From: Octopus sinensis
Lineage: Eukaryota
Length of the DNA stretch: 64,000 nt
Assembly: GCF_006345805.1 (NCBI RefSeq)
Contig: NC_042998.1
Coordinates: forward strand, 4,588,001 to 4,652,000
Reading direction: 5' to 3'
Shown here: in pieces, positions 24,874 through 37,672 of the stretch
How the letters are laid out: each line of letters begins with the position of its first letter
How positions within the stretch are numbered: the stretch's first letter is position 1
Made by a program: the position numbers and the translations under genes
The notes under the pieces: generated by a model
Seen by the model: only the letters and a program-made list of their open reading frames with translations
Databases searched by the model: none
What the model was told of the DNA's origin: nothing

Positions 24874-25264
24874 GTGGAGGCGCAATGGCCCAGTGGTTAG
24901 GGCAGCGGACTCGCGGTCGTAGAATCGCGGTTTCGCTTCCCAGACCGGGCGTTGTGAGTGTTTATTGAGAGAAAACACCTAAAGCTCCACGAGTCTCCGG
25001 CGGGGGATGGTGGTGGTCCCTGCTGTACTCTTTCACCACAACTTTCTCTCACTCTTACTTCCTGTTCCTGTTGTACCTGTATTTCAAAGGGTCGGCCTTG
25101 TCACTCTCTGTGTCACTCACGCTGAATATCCCCGAGAACTACGTTAAGGGTACACGTGTCTGTGGAGTGCTCAGCCACTTACACGTTAATTTCACGAGCA
25201 GGCTGTTCCGTTGATCGGATCGACCGGAACCCTCGTCGTCGTAACCGACGGAGTGCTTCCATCC
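24874..25264 (+). mobile_element. Full-length tRNA-derived SINE with 11-bp target-site duplication
   Basis: Near-identical to 40911-41298; flanked by AATAACGTACT at 24862-24872 and 25265-25275. Confidence 0.9.
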
Positions 25265-25599
25265 AATAACGTACTTTATTCATAGTGAGCCGTTGAATAG
25301 CGCAACTAGTCATTGAACGCGACGGTAATATCATCAGAGGGACCTACTTCTAATGTCAGTTCACAGCGTCTACCCTTCGGACCTCTGTTTCTGAGAGGAG
25401 ATAACCTCTCCGAAATAGTCATTGCATGCATCCAATAATCTCGTTATGGAACGCTCTGAGCTTACTTGCTCTATTTACAACAACTTGTCATCGAGAAATA
25501 TTCTTCATTACGAAATACAGTGAATAACTTTCTTGCGGGTTCCAATATGCCTCAAGCTTATTTGAGCTGGTAACAAGTTTGTATACATATATGTATACA

Positions 25600-26290
25600 T
25601 ACATGCATCACTGAGGAGGGAGCGGGTTTCCAACAAAGATACAAGACTCCGTCTTTGAAATATAGTTAACACAGACAAATTCACATTTGGAACTTGAGAA
25701 AAGTCTTGCATATTTTTACTGTTCCACTCTCAGATTGCACTGATATTGTACGAGTTAGCTGGTAAATATCTCTCCTGAAAATCCTAGTTTATCCATATTC
25801 TCTTTGAAGCATTTACTAACAAAACCTAGTGCTCCAATTATTATTGGTATGAATATGAATTCGTAGTCTAGATATAGAAGCTGGAGGTTTCGAAGCAGTT
25901 GTCCATACATATTTATATCTGGAGGGCAGCTGAACTCTATGACGGTACATACCTTTGCCCCTCAGTCCCAAACAACAGTATCCGGCCTGTTATGTTTACA
26001 TTTGACCGAAGCTTGATGGGAATATTCCACCAGTATTCCTTGAGTTGGTGTTCATGTATGTACCCCATAACATACGGAATTTCTATGTTTCAGAACAGTA
26101 TTTTTTGCGGATGGCTGTGTAAATTGTTTTTGCGGCAACATCGTGTTGCACAGGGTGGTCATCAGTGGTGACGCTGATAGTTTCATCTGTGGTGGGGTTA
26201 GTTTCAGCCATAATCGTGTTAGCGAGATTCCACGTGGTGTAGATGTATAGTTTAAAATCTGTTTAGGATAACACTACATTGGTGAGTAAA
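25600..26290 (-). mobile_element. 3' fragment of a restriction-like-endonuclease LINE (R2/R4/NeSL-type), different family from 14.6 kb
   Basis: QHDVAAKTIYTAIRKK, KCKHNRPDTVVWD..KVCTVIEFSCPPD, YGQLLRNLQLLY.DYEFIFIPIIIGALGFV. Confidence 0.85.
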
Positions 26291-26735
26291 AGGTGTTTCT
26301 TTTTATTTATTGGAGAAAAAAACAGTTACCTATGTAGGCCGGAGACGTCGGCATATTTCTAGAGGCGGGCGTTCAATACGTACTTTTTAAGTGGTCCTCT
26401 ACGCTTGCACTTTCGAAGTTGACAGCGCCAGTATGAATGTATCACCTAACGTAGCAGCCATGTCAGTATTAATGTCATTGTTAGTGGTTGGGGGGGGGGC
26501 TGCTAAACCATATTCTGCAGGTATCTGATAAAAACCTGATGCCAAATTTTGACGATTTTCGGGAGAAGTCGCTACTAGTTACACTTGAAGCATTCTTTGA
26601 ACATTCATGCGTCAAATTACCTGGAAAGAAACAATCCGCTTATGAATAAGTGTTGAAATTTATTAATGCAAGACTTCACTGCTCTAGTATCAATCCTTCA
26701 TAGTGAGCCTATCAACTCTTCAGCCCACCCTTTTG

Positions 26736-26767
<32 letters not shown>

Positions 26768-28876
26768 ATATACACGGAGGGAGGGAGGCAGAAAATTTCC
26801 TGGTTTTGTGTAAAAGAAAATACCGGAGGATTACTTAATTATTATTTTATACTCTTCTCAGATTCACAAACTTATAGCACCGGTCCTATATTTCTTCTAA
26901 GCCCTGTATGAGACCGGAGAAGGTTGGGCCTCCAACCAGGCTGTCATATATATATGATGATAGCAGGCTCTAAAATAACGCAGGAATTAAATAAACAGTT
27001 CTGTCTTTGTCATTTATTATTTTTTTTAAACTCAGAAGAAACGTATCTGCCTCCTTTCCCCGGTGAACAGTATAATTACAAATTCAATTATTGTCTGCAT
27101 AATCCCTGAGCTGAATGGTATTATTCACTCACGGCAATAGGTGAATATATTTGAAGGTCAATATCTAATTTACACTCGAGCACAGCACTTCTAGGCTTGA
27201 TCACTAATTCGTCTCTCAAACCAAATGAATGCAGTTTTTTTTTTTAGCAAAGATGGTCTGGCCTTCAACTATGTTTTGAGATAAAGTAATGGAAATTTGG
27301 TACGTTAAAATAAAAACATGTCAAAATATGTGAAGTCACGACTAGGAGAACGAGGTGAACAAATTGACTTTGAGTCAAAATATCTCAGTAATTTTAAAAG
27401 AAAAGTATTGATTAATTGGGTTTAAAAGCACGTGCGCATTGAGAAAAATCTTTTGGTTAAAATTTATTTGTTACAGAAAACGTGTCTTTTTAAGTGACAA
27501 AACAATTGATAAGTAACCCCCCCCCCGCCCAATAAAATTGTATTTGAATCAAAACATCTTGACTATTGTAAAAGAAAACTATTCATTGATTGTGTCCAGA
27601 TGAAAAAGCTCTATGTGATGAGTCTTACGGAGGAAAGCTCATCAAAAAATTACAACTGCCAAAATAATATTTTTGTCATTTTAAGCGCGTTATAGAAGAC
27701 ATCCATTGGTATCATGTGTCGCTTAGCTTAATAGTACAGCGAGGTCAACCGGATTGCGGGATGTATGGGTGCGATTCTCTGTAACAGATTCTTAGCTACT
27801 TTTCTCCGGTTTTTAAAGGTATTTAACCCATCTTCTAAGCCGTTTTCATTGCTGTTCAACGTCTCCTTTACCTTTGTAAAATACCAGCTGACTCCGCCCT
27901 TCAAAGTTTTACTTAAGTTCAAATTTTAATCGTTCGCAAGCTGTTCTAGGCTTTATCACTAATTCAGCTCTCAACCGAATTGAATTCCGTATATTTACTT
28001 TTCATCCTCTTTCGTGGGTGAATATATTCTCAAAGTCAGCTTAAATTACTCGCGGGCACTTCTAGACTTCAGTAATTCAGTTCTCAACCAAATTTCAGCT
28101 TCAGTTAGAATTTGATAAACATTTTTCTCCAATTGTTCATCAAATAGTCTGTGCTCTGTTTAGATTTATATATTTTCTGCGTTTTCTTTCAATATTTGTT
28201 AAATTAAGTTAGTATTTTTAATTTAAGACTTTCTTTGTATGAAGCTAACATCATTTCTGTCTTGTTTTAGTATCATATTACATTTTTAATTTTCTTTTCT
28301 TAACAAAACACATTATCCAAATATTTTAAATCATAGATATTATATTATAAAATTAAAGTTATGAAAACATTATATTATATTATAAAATTAAAGTTATGAA
28401 AACAGTGAAAAATAATACAAAAAATTAAAAAGAAAACGAACAAAAGAATTAATTTCTTTGAATTTACTTTAACAGAAAACAGCGTATTTTCAATTTACAG
28501 TTACAATAATATTTAAAAAAATTAAAGGTAATGATGAAATTCACTGCAAAATGTAGAAAGGAATCTCCGGCTTTTTAAAATAAAAAACTTAGGGTAACTC
28601 ATTGTTAATTTTGCATAAATTGCTATTATGTGATTTCGTAAACATATAAAGGATGTTTTCCTTTTCATGGGCAGCTCAATTAATTAATTTTCTTTAACTA
28701 AATACTTTGAAGTTTCGGATACTGGTAGAATGTGTCATATAGAAAATGTTTTACTCTTAGCGTTGTTGAGAAAAGTTTCTGTTTACTAAGTTATTTCGTG
28801 TAAAATTTGTCGTATTTCGCTAATTTCAGCCAATGAATGACGTGTATTCAGCTGAATAAAGTCACTGCTGTTGTTC

Positions 28877-29341
28877 CGGCGGTGTATATCGCTTTTGTCA
28901 CTGTTATTTATGACATATTTTATCTCAGTTACGTTCGTATGAATAAACGAGTGTATTTGAAGCACGTTTACTTCATGACACCATTACAATCGTTCGTGCA
29001 TTTCTACTGCATTTTATTATTTTTTTTCCTGTTTTTCAGCTACTATATCCGAAAGACTTCCTCCCGCCCCCATTTTATCACAAATTATTATTTTTTAAAA
29101 ATATTTTTGGCCCAAACCCCAGCTTTTCGTATGCGGAAAATTGCCAAAAATCGGAATTTTGAAAGTTTTTAACACTTAACCCTCCCCCTCCAATTTCTTC
29201 ATTTTCACTTTTTCCGTAACCCTTATCCTAAAATTCTAACCCTAACCCTAAAACCCTAACCCTAAAACCCTGAAGCTAAAACCAGTACAAACGCACGAAC
29301 AATGTCATAAATAACAGTGATAAGTGAAACATACACCACCG
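28877..29341. mobile_element. Non-autonomous element-like segment with ~40-bp inverted repeats and internal CCCTAA repeats
   Basis: CGGCGGTGTATATCGCTTTTGTCACTGTTATTTATGACAT (28877-28916) versus ATGTCATAAATAACAGTGATAAGTGAAACATACACCACCG (29302-29341); TAACCCTAACCCTAAAACCCTAACCCTAAAACCC at about 29237-29270. Confidence 0.6.
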
Positions 29342-29681
29342 ATACATGTTGTAGTTGATACACTCAAGAGATTGCCAAAAATTCATTAATAAACAGTCCC
29401 ATAACGAGCCAATTTTGGGTCACTTAACCAGTTAACATTTTACTGTTTTCATACTATCTACATTTCTTCTTATACTCCCTTCTCTTTCTTCTTCATTGTC
29501 TTCTTCCTCCTCCTTCTTAACTTTACCACTATTGCTGTTTAGAATAACAACTACACACATTTTATAAACAAAACATTCGAAAGAGATGCTTCACGAATCC
29601 AACAATTACTACTAACATCCACAGCGGGTCACTTTCGGGCCAACCGGCCATTTAACATACTACTGTCATGACACTCCCACA

Positions 29682-29949
29682 TTCTTCTTCTTCTTTTTCT
29701 TCTTCTTTTCTTCTTCTTCTTCCCCTTCTTCTTCTTCTTCTTCTTCTTCTTCTTCTTCTTCTTCTTCTTCTTCTTCTTCTTCTTCTTCTTTTTCTTCTTC
29801 CTCCTCTTCTTCTGCTTCTTCTTCTTCTCCTTCTTCTTCTTCTTCTTCTTCTTCTTCTTCTTCTCTTCTTCTTCTTCTCTTCTGTTCTTCTTCTTCTTCT
29901 TCTTCTTCTTCTTCTTCTTCTTCTTCTCTTCTTCTTCTTCTCCTTCTTC
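29682..29949. repeat. (TTC)n microsatellite
   Basis: Direct reading of the sequence. Confidence 0.95.
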
Positions 29950-30242
29950 AAAAGAATTCACAACGACGTGGAACCCACAAGAGTAAACAAGAGAAACAGA
30001 GAGAGGCAGAAACAAGGAAAATGCCACTAGAATTTTAACACTATACAAATATTCTTTAAGAAAAACTTGTCTTTTAATTTTTCCAAAATTTAATTGTTTT
30101 CCATGCTTACAGCTGAAAACGTTTCAATTACTGAAACCGGTACTGAAATGTTTTTTTATAAAGTTATTTTAGCATTTTCTATCTTGACTTTTTCCATATA
30201 TATCAAACTCGTGTGATCCTTTTCAAACTTACAGACACACGT

Positions 30243-30324
<82 letters not shown>

Positions 30325-30912
30325 CACTCAATGTCACTCATATCAGTCATTGAAACTTCTCGAAAATCTCACAGTATGTACGTATCTATGCATATATATG
30401 CATGGGTCATCACAATTGCTTAAGGTAAAAATGAATTCCTCGCTCTTTCGGAAACATCAATCTTCTGTATTGACTGCTTTCCACCACTTTGATCTGTTTT
30501 TTGTATTGAATACGTATCGCCAACGTGGGCCACTGCATCGAACACTTTGAACATATAGCATGAATGAACTTACTTCAAACTATATATCAACTATACATGA
30601 ACTCTAAGATGTCTGACTCCGTTGTGTATTATAAATGAATTTCTTGTGTTTGACGGCATGAGCTGTCTTTTTTTATATATAACTTTTTTTGATAAGGTTC
30701 ATTTCAGGAACTGAAACATGTTATAATGTATATATAAAAATTAAAAATTGTATAATATAGCAGCATTTTCGAACTTCATTTTTTACAAATATATATATAT
30801 ATATATATATAGTTAATCCAAACATGAAAACTCAAAGAGAAAACACAACAACGCGAGGACATGGAACAAATTTAGCATTATTGGACCCTCAGGAAGGAAG
30901 GAAAGAAGGAGG

Positions 30913-30947
30913 GTTTAACGTTTCGAGCGGAGCTCTTCGTCAGAAAC
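30913..30947 (-). ncRNA. Minimal type I hammerhead with intact core (Penelope-like repeat)
   Basis: Minus strand GUUU-CUGACGA-A-GAGC-UCC-GCUC-GAA-ACGU-U-AAAC. Stem I 4 bp, stem II 4 bp, palindromic ACGU stem III. Confidence 0.7.
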
Positions 30948-33685
30948 ATAGGAAAAGAAAAGATCCAAAGAAGGGAAGACAGAGGAAAAAAATATATATA
31001 AATATACGTGTGTGTTTGTGTCTGTATGTATGTATGTGTTAGTATACATACATAAAAGTACTCTATATTCTTTATAACATATACAATTTATTGAATTCCA
31101 CCCTTTTTTAAAATCAATATAGGAGTGCCATACGCCTGTAGTTCTCAATAACATATGAAGTTTCTTCATTTCGTTGTTCAACTCTTAATATTTCTATGTT
31201 CTCCATAGTAATTTCAAAGTGTCTGAAACCTTTATAAAGTTTCAGAATACCTCCTTAATTGCAGCGATATTTTTCTCTTTGAAAAGGTGTCAATTCGTAA
31301 AAATGTACGCTTAATTACGTAAAGTTTGAAAAGCAACTGAATCCAGATTTTTGTTTAATCTCCTGTAGAAATGTACAGTTATTTTTTGTTCATACCTTCC
31401 TTTGTACCCATTATACATCCGCATGCTTATAAATTCCTTCCTAACTTTTCTACCCTGTTCCTGCCTTTTCATAAAAGAAAGTAAATTATCCTACAATAAC
31501 AAGTCTTCCAATCACGTTCCCTTTAATTGCTACATGTTTATGCTCACCTAAAGCTACAGAATATAATTTTAATAGACTGCAAGAATCATTAAACCAGAAT
31601 TATTTTCCACTTTGATGTATTGTTGACATTAATACACACCTGACTTCAAGGTGCGACTTACATTTAACTAGATTTCTTTACCTATATCGGTAAATTATAA
31701 TGATTTCAATGTTTAAGTTTTATTTATTTGTTATTATATTAGTTTCTAGGTATACTGACATTTCTATTTACTCTATTAACTCTATAATGTAACAGCCCCA
31801 CTCCCAATATTTTTATGTAATGAAGCTAAAATCTTAGCGTACATCGTTAGACAAAGCTAATTTTAAAATCCAAATTGATGCGTGTATTTTATTTGTTTAT
31901 GCTTTTTTAGAACTCTAAAGAATTGCATCAAGACACATATATTGGTGCATAAAATATCCAGTTTTAATAAATGTATAATTTGCCGTATCTTAACATGGTA
32001 CTGAGGTTTGTATTATGTGTGCGTGTGCGTGTGTGTGTGTTTGTGAATGTGTGCCCGTGTGTGTGTGAGTTCATATGCACATATATGTACGTATTTATAT
32101 ATGCATCAGACGTTAGTCTGTTATATATCCAGCTAATACATCGAAAGCTTTAAAGCTATAAGATACCGAAATATTAAGAAATAGATATATCGAATAGAAA
32201 TATCTCTCTATTCAACAGAAAAGTCTGAGATTGCCGAGGATAGGAGACATATTTAGCAAGTAATTAGGTTACAAAAGAACTTTTTGTATGTAGAGAAAGA
32301 AAAGGCTGGAAACCACTTGATGATTAGGTGTTTATCGTCACAAGGAAATTAAATAAGACTAAAAGATTGAAGCAAGATTACAAAGCAAAATACGAAAATA
32401 GTTATAAGATATTCCATCAAAAAGAACAGGAAATATTTATGAACTGTGTCAACTTATATATCATCTATTTCTATCTAACTCCATATGTAACACCTACAAA
32501 AACCCTAATTTAAATAGACTGCAACGTATCAAGATTAAACTTAATCACATCCGTCAGATCTTGTAATTTAGGCAACAAGCTAATCGTGCCAATAAACTCT
32601 TTACCCATCTCTAAACAACACACAGATAATTTTACACAATGCTACTACAGAAATAATCAAACACACGAATATACACTTCGTTATATATTGTTATTTATTC
32701 AGACTGCAGGAGGTTTTAACAGTTAAGAATTATGTTAATGTGTATCCTCAATACTCAATTAGTTGGGATCTTGTGAAATCAATGCACGTCTATTTCTCAT
32801 TTCTCAAGATATAAAAACCTCAACAAATATTTGAAATTTATTTCAGTATTATCTAAAGTGCAAATGCACTAAACAGAATAGTTCAGCAGCTCAAAATAGT
32901 GTACCTAATTACTACTGCAGGAACAAAAACCTATTTATACGTTATTGTGAATCTCTTCATGTGACAATATAACAAACATTTCTACACCTTATGGAATCGC
33001 AAAAGCGACAAGATGCTGCCTTCTAACTTGATAATCAAAGTTATCATCTACAGCCTAAAATATAACATACTCTCCTGAGTAAAGTCATACACTAACAACA
33101 AAAAAGCCTGTCAAATTTTTACAGCGAGAAACTTTGAGATTCATTGTCACTCAATGAGGCTTCTTTGTATTCAACCTTATCCGTTTTTATGATTTTGCAT
33201 CCATATGTCCGTAGGAACTTAATTCTACGCGAATTAAGGATGATTTCCTCTAATTACATTTAACTCATTTCTATATAGTTAAATTCGTCTAAACTACATA
33301 ACTGTTTTATTTTTAATGATATGCAGTAGTCATCAATCTATAATCTACATGATCGATTTGCAATTTGCTATTTAATTCTCATAAGCAACCGACTTCAAAA
33401 ATCATCTTACATTTTATCACACCTCTTTCCTTACAGCAGTACTCTATGAAAGAAAGAAATGTACAATTTCCACCGATAAAGTCGATATGCTCTCTATAAT
33501 ATTCAATAGTATTCAACAGTTATTTGTTCAAAATATATCTGCTATATATGGACATCTGTTACATAAATATTTGCAAGATAGAGCATATATCTTATATATA
33601 TATACCTAATGAATTATTAAAGTATCCGATCCCCCTTCCTCTTCTATCTCTCACCCCTCTCTCTCTCTCTCTCTGTATATATACG

Positions 33686-33725
<40 letters not shown>

Positions 33726-33773
33726 ACTCTTTAACTCTTTTACTCTCTTTATATATATTTATTTTATAGAAGG

Positions 33774-33824
33774 AGCTTCTACAGGTCTAGAACTGTTTCA
33801 TTCAGATGAAATTTTCAGGAAGCT
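33774..33824 (-). ncRNA. Type I hammerhead with G8A core change, downstream of a Penelope-like fragment (~33830-34070)
   Basis: Minus strand AGCUUC-CUGAAAA-UUUC-AUCU-GAAU-GAA-ACAG-UUCUAGAC-CUGU-A-GAAGCU. Stem I 6 bp, stem III 4 bp, GUA site. Confidence 0.65.
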
Positions 33825-34146
33825 GGCTGTCAAAATAAGTTCTGGTATTTATGCATTTAGGCAGATTTAATGGAGTGGTAGTGGGGGACGTTTTTTGGGT
33901 AGGTTGGTATTTAGGAGATAAACAGGGCACAAGCTATTGTTCTTAGGGGAGTGGTCAAAAGGCCAGAGTGTTTTTTGAAATGAGAAGAATCAGTGAGAAA
34001 ATAAATAAATGAATAGAAACAGATATATGGGATGCGATTTTAGGTAAATTAGAAGACAATTGCTTTTTGGTGGTCAAGAAGAGGTAGGCAGTTTGTTATT
34101 GTTAGGTGGAGGGAATAAATAGATAAATATATATATATATATGTGT

Positions 34147-34184
<38 letters not shown>

Positions 34185-34220
34185 ATATATTATATTCATA
34201 TATATATATACACACAGACG

Positions 34221-34268
<48 letters not shown>

Positions 34269-34287
34269 GGTATGCATGTGTGTATAC

Positions 34288-37168
34288 TAGAGTGGCCATT
34301 ATTTTTCAACTTTCTAAAAGACTAGCTCCCACCACCATATCTTGTTCCAATTATCAAAATAACTATCTATGCAAAATTTTAGCTCAATCGAACAAAAGCA
34401 AGGCGACCCTCATCGACTATGAAATTTTGAAGTTTTCGCCCGGAAAGTCATTTTGTTTTTTCTGATAAAATGTTTTTCTCTAATATAATTTTCTCTTAAA
34501 TTAAAAACTCGTTCAGACTTAATCTTGGTAATGGCAGTATAAGTGTCAATAAATATAATGGGGAAGGCAACTGGCAATGCCGGAGATAGAGCACAGATAC
34601 AGGGCAAACACCTCTTTTTCGCCGTCATTCAGTCGGCGGCCAGCCATGAGCGAATGAGGTTGTGAGTTGCGTTCGTCCATTGAAATAATTGTACTGCACC
34701 TAATGGTAAGGTAGAGAAATAAAATATCAAAAAATATACATTTGTAATAAACAGTAAACTAATAACACTTGTCCGCGTTTGTAAATATAAGTTAATTTAT
34801 TTGTAATAACTTGTAATAACATTACCAAGAATAACTTATAAGCACTCATTCATTTTGTTGTGGCGAATTATGATACAGATTTTCCCATGTTGTGTTAGTA
34901 GCCCTGGCAAAGTTGTAATGCCATATTTATAACCTCTCCGTTTTTATAATGTTACTAGCAGTATCGCCCGGCGTTGCTCGGGTTCGTAAGGGAAATAACT
35001 ATATAAGCATTTTTAGAGATGTAAAGTATAATAGCCATCTTAATATGGCTAACCTCAAAGGGGGGGGTGTTACTGTAGCTTTTTACGTTCTGAGATTTAA
35101 TAATAAATTTTTAGAGAGTTACTTCCCTTATATATGCCAAAAATGCATTGAAAAATGGGAAAAATTGATGGTAATTGTTTTTTTTAAATCGTAGACTCAT
35201 CGTAGACGCGCGCTAATACTCAGAAGGGCTCGATATGAATCAAGACTATAAGATAGCCGGTTTTGGTTAAACTGCACCGCAAAATGTGGGAGTAGTTAGG
35301 AATCTAAATCGTAGGAGACAGACAGCACACAACCTCACTTTTATATATAAAGATTTGATTTGTACACTTATTTTCACGTCTTAGAACAAAATTTAGAGAA
35401 GCAAGACACAGAAATACAGCACAAATTTAACCTAAACGACTGTAAAGAATTAGTGTTTGCACTGAGATGGAAAGTTCCTCTCAGCACTTGATAGACTGGT
35501 AATAATAGCAACTTTTCAAGGCAATGTCTTCAGGAGAACAGCAAGCCATGGCTGTTTACCAAGCAGTGGGAAAGCGGGGTATAACCGACAAAATTCAGAC
35601 ACTCTGCTGTGATATGACAGTAAGCACCGCAGGTGGAGGAAATGGTGCCTGTATAAATCTAGAAAGACTGTTTAATCACGACCTGTTGTACTTCCCTTGC
35701 TGTACTTATATTTTTGAGGTAGCTTTTAGGAGTTGTTTTGATTTACCGATGGATGCAACTTCTGGTCCAGGCATAGTGTTTTTCAAAAGATTTAAAGAAA
35801 CCTAGACGAAACTCACAAGAAGGTTTACATAACTGGTAGGAATGAATTGCCTGATGATGTCCGCTCTGCCATTCTTGGATTTCATGAATACCACCTTTCT
35901 ACGCAGAAACAACAGCGAATTGATTACCGAGAATTTTTGGAGTTACGATGACCTTTCTTGGCGGCATTCTGATGAACGGAATATCGTTTCGTACACCAGG
36001 AACTGTAAGTCTTGCTAGGTGAATGTCAAAAGCAATTTACGCATTCCGGATATACCTGTTTCAAGATCAATTTCAGTTTTCTCCTGGGAAGAAGAACGCT
36101 TTAAGAAGAATATTTATTTTTCTTGCTCGAGTGTATGTTCGAGCCTGCTTTCTATCATAAGAAACCATTAAGCATCTTATTATGATTTCCTATTCATGCT
36201 TCAACTAATTAGTTATAAGGAAATTGATCCAGAAATCAGTAAGGCTGCTACGAAAAAATTTTCCAACCATCTCTAGGATTTAGCTCTCGAAGCTGAGGCA
36301 GGATGCATATTTGATGACAATGTTTCAACAGAGGTTAAGGCAAATATTGCTCATGCAGGTGAAAAAAGGAAGAAGAAAAAAATCAACTGAAGAGGTACAT
36401 TCTGCACCAAAATGACTTTTCTTCCTTTATAAATTTTTGAGATTTCGTCTTTTGTAACACCTGGTACAAGATCTTTCTTCACGAGATTTTCTATCAGCAT
36501 TGATTTCCTCGACAAAGATCCTTCAACATGGAAGGATGACCCTAGTTACAAAAATGGACTTGAAAAACTCGAGAAGACAGTTGTGAATGATGTTACAGAA
36601 AAAAGATGTCAAACTCATTCAGGATTACAATTGCATTTTCACAAAAGATGAAACTAAGAAACAATTTGTTTTAAAGACCATTACAGTAAAATATACACAA
36701 CTGCCACTAAATCTTCTCTTATGCAAAAATAATGTTCAAACTTCAATATTCAGTGTTCACATCAGGCTTTTGATTCTATAGAAATTATTGTTGAAAATAA
36801 AAATGCGTTTCTCTTATAGTTGTGTGCTTTATTAAGAAAACCTACTATTTCTTAAGTTTTTCATTTATTTCAGGAATTTTTCAAATTAGCTATTAGTAAA
36901 TTTGATTCAAAACGTTTTTAAACATCTGTTGGGGTTGCCTGGATGTGTCCACATAAATTTCTCTAAAAAGAATAAAGAAAATAGCCGAGAAAGGGAATAG
37001 TATACCGCTTTTGAACAAAATTAAATGTGTTTGATAATCGATTAACAGTTGTCCGATTAAGCTGAGATGTTACACACCCCGTTTTTATCTCTATTGGAGC
37101 AGGATTAAGGGGATGGGAGCAGCGAAATTTTAACTTTCGAAAATTTACCTATTGTAAGGGTCACTCTA
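34288..37168 (+). mobile_element. Decayed hATm-like DNA transposon
   Basis: Transposase remnants at ~35370-36740: GEQQAMAVY...CCDMTVSTAG..NGACINLE, TSGP...FKRF, DYREFLEL, RTPG...AR*MSKAIY, VKLIQDYN..FTKDE. Short TIRs TAGAGTGGCC (34288-34297) and GGTCACTCTA (37159-37168). TSD not clear. Confidence 0.8.
34955..35353 (-). mobile_element. Non-autonomous Helitron nested in the hATm-like element
   Basis: Minus strand A|TC start at 35353 and CTAG|T end at 34955, with hairpin CCCG-AGCAACGC-CGGG (34967-34982) just upstream of the CTAG. Confidence 0.85.
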
Positions 37169-37319
37169 ATACATATATATGTGTCTGTGTGTGTGTATAA
37201 TTATAAATTGAGGATATAATCTTTAAAATGATTATGCCAGTGGTTAGCGCATAAGAATAACCTTATCGGTAAAATTAATTTTTAAGTACATAACTATAAT
37301 TATAATAAAGTGTGATGAA

Positions 37320-37548
37320 GAGCGTTGGAATACGAGGGCCTATACGCTAGAAGTAGATGTCTAATATCTACAATCCGCTCTAAATTTGTTCTCTATTTGT
37401 AACCCCTTTATTTATAATCCGATATTTTGTAAATTTTCATCCTCATTACCCCGCATTTGAACTGGGGTTATAAACAGAGAACAAATTTAGAGTGGATTGC
37501 AGATATTTGACATCTACTTCTAGCGTATAGGCGCTGGTATTCAAGCTC
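37320..37548. mobile_element. MITE-like foldback with ~85-bp inverted arms
   Basis: CCTATACGCTAGAAGTAGATGTC.AATATCT.CAATCC.CTCTAAATTTGTTCTCT.TTT.TAACCCC (37339-37406) is mirrored at 37464-37531. Confidence 0.85.
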
Positions 37549-37585
37549 CTTTAATTATAATCATATTTTTATAATTATATACTTA

Positions 37586-37618
<33 letters not shown>

Positions 37619-37621
37619 TAC

Positions 37622-37672
<51 letters not shown>

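Noticed and set aside
24874-24950. tRNA-like heads (also at 1178, 6553, 21825, 38823, 40911, 51532) as tRNA genes
   Set aside because: Each continues into a shared SINE body and tail, and one has a TSD; no complete cloverleaf.
29237-29270. True telomere or chromosome fusion site
   Set aside because: Only a few degenerate hexamers inside an inverted-repeat element.
29629-30048. Poly-Lys, poly-Arg and poly-Leu ORFs
   Set aside because: Produced by the (TTC)n array.
32700-33060. Hydrophobic AFAIP and IICVLF stretches on the minus strand
   Set aside because: Too many stops and no register-matched motifs.
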